Source: Thermosulfurimonas dismutans | Lineage (GTDB): Bacteria > Desulfobacterota > Thermodesulfobacteria > Thermodesulfobacteriales > Thermodesulfobacteriaceae | Length of the DNA stretch: 32,000 bases | Assembly: GCF_001652585.1 (NCBI RefSeq) | Contig: NZ_LWLG01000001.1 | Span: 360,001-392,000, forward strand | Direction of reading: 5' to 3' | Part shown: one piece after another, positions 25,532 to 32,000 of the stretch | How the letters are laid out: each line of letters starts with the position of its first letter | Numbering within the stretch: the first letter of the stretch is position 1 | Notes under the pieces: generated by a model | The model's input: the letters and a program-made list of their open reading frames with translations, nothing else | Told to the model about the DNA's origin: nothing | The model's database searches: none | Translations under genes and position numbers: made by a program

Positions 25532-25599
25532 GCCTAGAAGGCCCTCTACCTGTTAAGGGACTCGGGAGTAAAATAGAAAAAAACCTTCGGAGAAGGGTC

Positions 25600-28500
25600 A
25601 TGGCGGAGTTCGTGCATCTTCATGTGCATACGGAGTGGAGTCTCCTTGACGGAGCTTTGCGGGTCTCGGATGTGGCCAAAAAGGCTGTGGAATATAGAAT
25701 GCCGGCGGTGGCCATCACCGACCACGGCAATCTCTTTGGAGTGGTTCACTTTTACGAAAAGATCAAGGCGGCTGGCCTCAAGCCCATCATTGGTTGCGAG
25801 GTCTATGTGGCCCCTGGGTCACGGTTCGAAAAGAAGGCCAAAAGTGCCACCGAAGCCGGGTATCACCTGGTCCTCCTGGCGCAGAACGAGATCGGTTATC
25901 GCAATCTCTTGAAACTGGTCACGAGAGCCCATTTTGAGGGTTTCTACTGGAAACCTCGGGTAGACAAAGAATTGCTTAAGGAGTACGCCGAAGGTCTCAT
26001 TGCGCTTTCGGCCTGTCTTCACGGAGAGATTCCGGCAGCCATTCTTTCCGGGGACAAGGATCGGGCCGTGGCCCTGATAAAGGCTTACAGTACCATCTTT
26101 CCCGGTAGGTTTTATCTCGAGATCCAGGAAAACGGAATCCCGGAACAGAAAAAGGTGAACGAAGTTTTGCTTGAGATGGCTGAAACTTTTGGCCTTCCGG
26201 TGGTGGCCACTAATGATTGTCATTACCTCTCGCGAGAGGATGCTTCCGTGCATGAGATTTTGCTCTGCATTCAAACCGGAAAGACTCTCTCCGACCCCAA
26301 ACGCTTTCGATTCGATACCGATCAAGTGTATTTTGCCTCTCCAGAGGAGATGAGGTCGCGTTTCCGGGATTATCCCCCAGAGGTCCTTGCTAGAACTCTG
26401 GAAATAGCCGAACGCATAAATTTTGAACTTACGCTTGGAGAACACCGCTTTCCGGTCTATCCCCTCCCTCCGGGGAGAACCTATGAGGAAGTCTTCGAAG
26501 AAAAGGCGCGGGAAGGCCTAAAAGAGAGACTCCGGGAACTAAAAGAAGGCCCTGGGCTAGCAGCTTCTGAAAAGGAATACTGGGATCGGCTAGCTTACGA
26601 AATTGAGGTCATCAAGAAGAAGGGTTTTGCCAGCTATTTTCTGATTGTTTCCGATTTTATCAACTGGGCTCGTAAACAACGGATTCCGGTGGGACCGGGG
26701 CGAGGTTCTGCTGCCGGAAGCCTTGTAGCCTATGCCATGCGGATTACCAATCTGGATCCCCTCCGCTATGGCCTCCTTTTTGAACGTTTCCTGAACGTGG
26801 AAAGGACCAGTCTTCCGGACATCGATGTGGACTTCTGTATGCGCCGGCGGGATGAGGTCATAGAGTACGTTCGAGAGAAATACGGGGGTAAGGATTACGT
26901 GGCCCAGATCGCTACCTTCGGACAGCTCAAGGCTCGGGCCGTGGTACGGGATGTAGGCCGAGTGTTGGGTTTCAAGCCCAAGGAGATTGACCCTATCGCC
27001 AAGTTGATCCCTGAAGGGCCAAATGTGACTCTGGAGATGGCCCTTTCATCCGAGCCCCGCCTGCGGGAGCTCATCCAAAAGGACGAGCGAGTAGCCCAGC
27101 TTTTTGCGGTTGCCCGAGCCCTTGAAGGACTTCCTAGGCATTCCTCGACCCATGCCGCTGGGGTTATTATCGCCGATCGGCCCCTTTCGGAGTATTGCCC
27201 CCTCATGAAAGGAGACAAGGGTGAAATTATCACCCAGTTCGATATGAAGGCCGTAGAGAAAATTGGCCTCATCAAATTCGATTTTCTAGGCCTCAAGACC
27301 CTCACCATCATAGATCATGCCCTCAAGCTCATTCGAGAATACTATCACCAGGATCTCGATCTTGATCGGATCCCTCTCGACGATCCCGAGACCTACGCCC
27401 TCCTCTGTCGAGGTGAGACCGACGGCGTGTTCCAGCTAGAATCTTCAGGGATGAAGGATCTCCTGCGCAGGCTTAAACCTACAGATTTTAACGACCTTAT
27501 TGCGGTCCTGGCTCTTTATCGGCCGGGGCCGCTTGAGTCCGGTATGGTGGAACAGTACATCGAGGTCAAACACGGTCGCCGCGAACCAGATTATCTCCAT
27601 CCTAAGCTTGAGCCGGTGCTCAAGGAGACTTACGGGGTGATCCTCTACCAGGAACAGGTAATGAAAATTGCTCAAGTGCTTGCGGGTTACACCCTTGGAG
27701 AGGCGGATATTTTGCGCAAGGCCATGGGCAAGAAGATCCCCGAGGTCATGGCCGAACAGCGCAAGCGCTTTGTCTCCGGGGCGGTGGAAAGGGGTATTTC
27801 CCGGGAAACCGCGGAACACATCTTCGACCTCATGGAAAAGTTTGCGGGCTACGGTTTCAACAAGAGTCATTCTGCAGCCTACGCCCTGGTGGCCTATCAG
27901 ACTGCCTATCTCAAGGCCCATTATCCCCTCTGTTATATGGCAGCCCTCCTCTCCTACGAAATGGACAAGGCCGAGGAGGTCATGAAGTATGTGGCTGTCT
28001 GCCGGCGGATGGGGATCGAGGTTCTGCCCCCGGACATAAACCGTAGCGGACTGGAGTTCACCCTTGAGGAAGGGGCCATACGGTATGGTCTGGCGGCCAT
28101 CAAGAACGTAGGCGTGGGGGCGGTGGAAGAAATCCTGAAGGAAAGGGCCTTGAAAGGACCCTTCAAGTCCTTTGAGGACTTTTGTTTGCGCGTGGATCCC
28201 GGCCGCATAAACCGCCGGGTCCTTGAGGCCCTCATCAAGTCCGGGGCCTTTGATACCCTGGGAGAGAATCGGGCCACCCTGATGCACAATCTGGACACCA
28301 TCCTGGATTGGGCCCAAAAGGAAAAGGCCGCCCGAGAAAGGGGACAGATCTCCATTTTTGCCATGGGAAGCGGTGAGACCGCAGTTTCGCCCTTGAAATT
28401 GGAGCAGATTCCGGAGTGGGATCCCGAAATTAAGCTTACCGAGGAAAGAAAGGCCTTAGGGTTTTATCTTACCGGACATCCTCTTTCGTCTTATCGGGAG

Positions 28501-29058
28501 TGGCTTTCGATAATCACGCCCCATGCTGTGTCCAGACTTTCGGATGTCCCAGACGGTCGGAAGGTGATTCTCGGGGCCGCCATCGGGGCTATCAAGATCA
28601 AAAATACCCGCCGGGGAGATAAGATGGCCTTCATCCAGCTCGAGGACGGAGAAGCCGTGGTGGAGGCCATTGTCTTCCCGGATCTTTTCGGAAAGACCTT
28701 TTCTTTCCTTGAAGAAGGAAAACTGGTGCTTGTCCGGGGAATAGTAGAGAGAGAGTCAGGAGAGGTAAGGCTCCTTTTGGAAGATCTCAAACTCTTAGCG
28801 GACGCTTTGAAGGATCTTTCCGGAAAACTAGTTCTGGGGTTTAAGGGCGAGGGGTTGAGCACGGAGGAGTTGGAGACTCTCAAAGAATTGCTCACCTCCA
28901 ACAATGGCAGATGCGAAGTGGCTCTGGAGCTCACCTTTCCGGAGGGTGTGGTCCGCATAGATCTCAACGGGAAATTCATGGTCTCACCGACCCCGGACTT
29001 TATGACCAATCTCCGCCGTTTTCTCGGAGATCACTTTGTGAAAGCCTCTTTGGAATGA
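25600..29058 (+). CDS. dnaE: DNA polymerase III alpha subunit
   Basis: N-terminal PHP domain (FVHLHVHTEWSLLDGA), polymerase core motifs (PDIDVDF, GLLKFDFLGL), a C-terminal OB fold, and a length of 1152 aa. Confidence 0.97.
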   Translation: MAEFVHLHVHTEWSLLDGALRVSDVAKKAVEYRMPAVAITDHGNLFGVVHFYEKIKAAGLKPIIGCEVYVAPGSRFEKKAKSATEAGYHLVLLAQNEIGYRNLLKLVTRAHFEGFYWKPRVDKELLKEYAEGLIALSACLHGEIPAAILSGDKDRAVALIKAYSTIFPGRFYLEIQENGIPEQKKVNEVLLEMAETFGLPVVATNDCHYLSREDASVHEILLCIQTGKTLSDPKRFRFDTDQVYFASPEEMRSRFRDYPPEVLARTLEIAERINFELTLGEHRFPVYPLPPGRTYEEVFEEKAREGLKERLRELKEGPGLAASEKEYWDRLAYEIEVIKKKGFASYFLIVSDFINWARKQRIPVGPGRGSAAGSLVAYAMRITNLDPLRYGLLFERFLNVERTSLPDIDVDFCMRRRDEVIEYVREKYGGKDYVAQIATFGQLKARAVVRDVGRVLGFKPKEIDPIAKLIPEGPNVTLEMALSSEPRLRELIQKDERVAQLFAVARALEGLPRHSSTHAAGVIIADRPLSEYCPLMKGDKGEIITQFDMKAVEKIGLIKFDFLGLKTLTIIDHALKLIREYYHQDLDLDRIPLDDPETYALLCRGETDGVFQLESSGMKDLLRRLKPTDFNDLIAVLALYRPGPLESGMVEQYIEVKHGRREPDYLHPKLEPVLKETYGVILYQEQVMKIAQVLAGYTLGEADILRKAMGKKIPEVMAEQRKRFVSGAVERGISRETAEHIFDLMEKFAGYGFNKSHSAAYALVAYQTAYLKAHYPLCYMAALLSYEMDKAEEVMKYVAVCRRMGIEVLPPDINRSGLEFTLEEGAIRYGLAAIKNVGVGAVEEILKERALKGPFKSFEDFCLRVDPGRINRRVLEALIKSGAFDTLGENRATLMHNLDTILDWAQKEKAARERGQISIFAMGSGETAVSPLKLEQIPEWDPEIKLTEERKALGFYLTGHPLSSYREWLSIITPHAVSRLSDVPDGRKVILGAAIGAIKIKNTRRGDKMAFIQLEDGEAVVEAIVFPDLFGKTFSFLEEGKLVLVRGIVERESGEVRLLLEDLKLLADALKDLSGKLVLGFKGEGLSTEELETLKELLTSNNGRCEVALELTFPEGVVRIDLNGKFMVSPTPDFMTNLRRFLGDHFVKASLE

Positions 29059-29063
29059 AGAGG

Positions 29064-31139
29064 CTATGGATTGAGCTCTGAGAGGTCGGCTACCCGGAGG
29101 AAGAGCTCCGCTATCTCCTGAAGTAGGGCCAAGCGGTTTTCCCTCAACGCCTGGTCCTCAACCATCACGAAGACGTCTTCAAAAAACCGGTCAATGGGGG
29201 CCTTGAGGCTCGTAAACCTGCGGAGAGCTTCCTCGTAGCTACGAGCCTCAAGTAAGGGTTCGGTCTCGGCTCGGATCTCAAGAAAGGCTTCTCTTAGGGC
29301 CTTTTCGGCAGGTTCTTTAAGGAGGTCTTCATCAAAAGAAAGCTTTGCGGTTAGTTTTTTGACCATATTCATGACCCGCTTGAAGCCTACCGAAAGGGCG
29401 GCAAAGTCTGGACTTTGCCGAACCTTATGTAGGGCCGAAAGCCTAAGGTAGGCTTCATAGGGATCATCAAAGTCTACTTTGAGGACTGCCCGCACCTCGT
29501 CCAAAGGAAATCCCTGAGCGAGGAATTCGCCTTCTAGACGTTTTTCAAGGAAGGCGAGGAGCTCGGAGAGGACCTCCTCCTTTGAGGATTTGAGATGTCC
29601 CTGTCTTTCAAGGACAAAGAGGCTAAAGCTTAATATTTCGCGAAGAGAGAGAGAGAGAGCGTGATGAAGAACAGTCTTCAGTAGGCCGTAAGCCGCCCGT
29701 CTCAACCCGTAGGGGTCAGCGGCTCCTGTGGGACGTTCGCCTACCGCAAAGAAGGCCGAAAGGGTGTCCAGTTTGTCGGCCAGTGAAAGGAGGATGCCTA
29801 CCGGGTTTTCGGCCACCCGGTCTTCGGCTCCCCGAGGTAGATATTGTTCATAAAGGGCGAGGGCTACTTCTTCGTCCTCTCCGGCCGCTAGGGCGTAAAT
29901 TCGGCCCATCTCCCCCTGAAGCGAGGGGAATTCGCCTACTACTTCCGTCACGAGATCCGCCTTGGCCAATTCCGCTGCCCTTACCGCGAGGTCCTTCTTT
30001 TCGGGGAAGAGTTTCTCTGCTAGAAACCCGCAAATGGATTTTAGTCGTTCGGTCTTTTCGTAAAGGGTGCCCAGTTGGGCGTGATAGATCACTCCGGAAA
30101 GCTCTTTAACCCTCTGTGGAAGAGGGACTTCGAGATCCCGTTCATAATAGAAACGAGCATCTTCGAGTCTAGCTTTGAGTACCCTTTCGTGTCCTCTCCG
30201 AAGGATGTCCGGATCTCGGGGGCGGTTGTTGTTTATGGCGATAAAACCGGGGAGGAGTTTCCCGCCCTGGTCTCTTACGGCGAAATATCGCTGGTGTTCC
30301 CGCATGGCAGTGATAATGAGGGCTTCCGGAAGTTTAAGATATTCCTCCGGAAAGGTTCCGGCCAGGGCAAAGGGATATTCCACCAGGTTGGCGTTCTCAA
30401 AAAGGAGCTCCGGATCTTCTTCGGCTTCTCCTCCCAGACTTTCAGCTGCTTGACGAACCTCCTGTGCGGTAACTTGGCGCCTTTCTTCAGGATCGACCAG
30501 GACGTATCTCTCACGAAGCCTTTCGAGATACTCTTCAAAACTACCGACGGCCACGGCTTCTGGAGCGAGAAACCGGTGGCCATAAGTGTAGGGTCCGCTT
30601 TTTACACCTGCAATCTCAAGAGGAATCACCTCTTCCCCGTAAAGGGAGAGCAACCACTTTATGGGGCGGGCAAACCGGAAGTCATAGTTTCCCCACCGCA
30701 TGGTCTTGGGAAAATGGATCCGAGAGACGAGCTCCTTAAGGAGCCCGGGTAGCAGTTCCCGGGTCTCTTTTCCCTGGATGTATTTTTCCACGCAGAGGTA
30801 TTCCCCCTTTGCAGTGGACTTGATCTTGAGCTCCGAGGGGTCAACCCCTTGCTTGCGGGCAAAACCCAGGGCGGCCTTGGTGAAAGAGCCGTCTTCACCT
30901 ATGGCCACCTTTTTGGGCGGTCCCATGACTTCTTCGACCCGATCGGGCTGTTTTTCGGAAAGTCCGGATATCAGAAGGGCCAGCCTTCTAGGGGTACCTA
31001 CGGTTTTTATGGCTTTAAAGGAAAGATCACTTTCTGCAAGCAACTTCTGGGCTTCTTCGGCCAGACTTTGCAGGGCCGGTTCAATGAACCTTGCCGGTAG
31101 TTCTTCACACCCGATTTCGAATAGCAGATCCTTAGCCAT
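29064..31139 (-). CDS. glyS: Glycine--tRNA ligase beta subunit
   Basis: The N-terminus [16 protein letters not shown] is typical of GlyS. I chose the ATG at 31139 (the ORF-track start is 31157), which gives an 8-nt overlap with the glyQ stop (ATGGCTAA). Confidence 0.93.
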   Translation of the reverse strand: MAKDLLFEIGCEELPARFIEPALQSLAEEAQKLLAESDLSFKAIKTVGTPRRLALLISGLSEKQPDRVEEVMGPPKKVAIGEDGSFTKAALGFARKQGVDPSELKIKSTAKGEYLCVEKYIQGKETRELLPGLLKELVSRIHFPKTMRWGNYDFRFARPIKWLLSLYGEEVIPLEIAGVKSGPYTYGHRFLAPEAVAVGSFEEYLERLRERYVLVDPEERRQVTAQEVRQAAESLGGEAEEDPELLFENANLVEYPFALAGTFPEEYLKLPEALIITAMREHQRYFAVRDQGGKLLPGFIAINNNRPRDPDILRRGHERVLKARLEDARFYYERDLEVPLPQRVKELSGVIYHAQLGTLYEKTERLKSICGFLAEKLFPEKKDLAVRAAELAKADLVTEVVGEFPSLQGEMGRIYALAAGEDEEVALALYEQYLPRGAEDRVAENPVGILLSLADKLDTLSAFFAVGERPTGAADPYGLRRAAYGLLKTVLHHALSLSLREILSFSLFVLERQGHLKSSKEEVLSELLAFLEKRLEGEFLAQGFPLDEVRAVLKVDFDDPYEAYLRLSALHKVRQSPDFAALSVGFKRVMNMVKKLTAKLSFDEDLLKEPAEKALREAFLEIRAETEPLLEARSYEEALRRFTSLKAPIDRFFEDVFVMVEDQALRENRLALLQEIAELFLRVADLSELNP

Positions 31140-31998
31140 TGTTATCCCTACCCACAAGTTTTTCTCGGTTCAGCCAGGCCTCGGCGCTTTTTTTGGCCAG
31201 GGCCCTTACCCGGGCGATGTAGGCCGTGCGTTCGGCCACTGAAATGGCCCCTCGGGCGTCCAGCAAGTTGAAGATATGGGAGCACTTGATGGTGCAGTCG
31301 TATCCCGGAAGAGCCAGGCCCAGTTCAAGGAGCCGAAGGCCCTCTTTCTCGTACCGGTCAAAGAGTTCGTGCAACATTTCTACGTCGGCCTCTTCGAAGT
31401 TGAAAATAGAATATTCCACTTCGGCCCGGTGATAAAGATCGCCATAGGTGAACTGTTCGTTCCAGCGAAGCTCAAAGACGTTTTCTACCCCTTGAAGGAA
31501 CATAGCCAGTCGTTCAAGACCATAGGTGATCTCTACCGTGACCGGTTTACAGTCGAAACCGCCTATCTGCTGGAAGTAAGTAAACTGGGTAATCTCCATA
31601 CCGTCCAGCCAGACCTCCCAGCCCAGGCCCCAGGCTCCGAGAGTGGGACTCTCCCAGTCGTCCTCCACGAACCTTATGTCATGGTCCTTGGGGTCTATGC
31701 CAAGGGCCTTGAGACTTTCGAGATAGGTTTCTTGTATGTCATCTGGAGAGGGTTTTATGACCACCTGGTACTGGAAATAGTGTTGCAGGCGATTGGGGTT
31801 TTCGCCATAACGGCCATCAGTTGGTCGGCGGCAAGGTTCGGGATAGGCCGCAGCCCAGGGCTCCGGACCAAGAGCCCGCAGAAAGGTGGCCGGGTGAAAA
31901 GTTCCGGCTCCTACTTCCATGTCATAGGGCTGAAGAATAAGACAGCCTTTTTCCGCCCAGAAACGGTTAAGAGTGGCTATCAGCTCCTGAAAATACAT
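31132..31998 (-). CDS. glyQ: Glycine--tRNA ligase alpha subunit
   Basis: [17 protein letters not shown]...[14 protein letters not shown] is the canonical GlyQ N-terminus. The gene is complete at 288 aa, with its start 3 nt from the window end. Confidence 0.95.
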   Translation of the reverse strand: MYFQELIATLNRFWAEKGCLILQPYDMEVGAGTFHPATFLRALGPEPWAAAYPEPCRRPTDGRYGENPNRLQHYFQYQVVIKPSPDDIQETYLESLKALGIDPKDHDIRFVEDDWESPTLGAWGLGWEVWLDGMEITQFTYFQQIGGFDCKPVTVEITYGLERLAMFLQGVENVFELRWNEQFTYGDLYHRAEVEYSIFNFEEADVEMLHELFDRYEKEGLRLLELGLALPGYDCTIKCSHIFNLLDARGAISVAERTAYIARVRALAKKSAEAWLNREKLVGRDNNG

Positions 31999-32000
31999 CC

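Noticed and set aside
25575-25597. A hairpin CCTTC-tcc-GAAGG followed by a T7 run when read on the minus strand, which looks like a terminator.
   Set aside because: No minus-strand gene lies upstream of it, since dnaE is on the plus strand. The stem is only 5 bp with a 3-nt loop, and the sequence doubles as the dnaE SD region (GGAGAAGGG). It is probably coincidental.
29644-29659. An (AG)8 dinucleotide run.
   Set aside because: It lies inside glyS and encodes LSLSLS in frame on the minus strand. It is a short coding microsatellite, with no spacer or repeat architecture, so it is neither a CRISPR nor a regulatory repeat.
1-32000. A scan for CRISPR arrays, transposases or IS ends, toxin-antitoxin pairs and known defence gene signatures.
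   Set aside because: None was seen. The only AAA/ABC-type ATPase plus nuclease pair is a canonical SbcC/SbcD, with a zinc hook, a long coiled coil and Mre11 motifs, and not a defence-system variant.

Overview
This is a compact, almost fully coding chromosomal segment that is mostly housekeeping. The charged-residue-rich proteins, multihaem cytochromes and a hemerythrin chemoreceptor suggest a thermophilic anaerobe, but this taxonomic guess is low confidence. From left to right the window holds: the 3' end of a cytochrome b-like membrane subunit coupled to a multihaem cytochrome c; a TVP38/DedA-like membrane protein coupled to larC; uvrB; cinA; thpR; an orphan family-5 ABC solute-binding protein; a chemoreceptor (minus strand); a minus-strand operon of a YihY-family protein, a TtuA-type tRNA thiolase and a small membrane protein; tRNA-Pro(GGG); an AdoMetDC-like gene coupled to speE; sbcC (minus); a second chemoreceptor carrying CZB and hemerythrin domains (plus); sbcD-argH-pyrC and pyrB (minus); dnaE (plus); and glyS-glyQ (minus). 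I found no transposase, integrase, CRISPR array, toxin-antitoxin pair or recognisable defence island, and no clear new multi-gene system. The observations most worth a second look are: (1) one in-frame UGA with a SECIS-like hairpin 11 nt downstream, joining two multihaem cytochrome c ORFs, which is a candidate selenocysteine cytochrome; (2) an AdoMetDC (SpeH/SpeD)-like protein that appears to lack both the pyruvoyl-forming Ser and the catalytic Cys, yet is translationally coupled to an intact-looking spermidine synthase; (3) a 393-nt non-coding gap with plus-strand-specific hairpins and a 20-nt direct repeat; (4) a 101-nt, 99/101-identical inverted repeat shared by the two chemoreceptor genes; (5) sbcD and sbcC separated by the opposite-strand chemoreceptor gene. 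All homology calls rest on motif recognition by eye. No database search was run.
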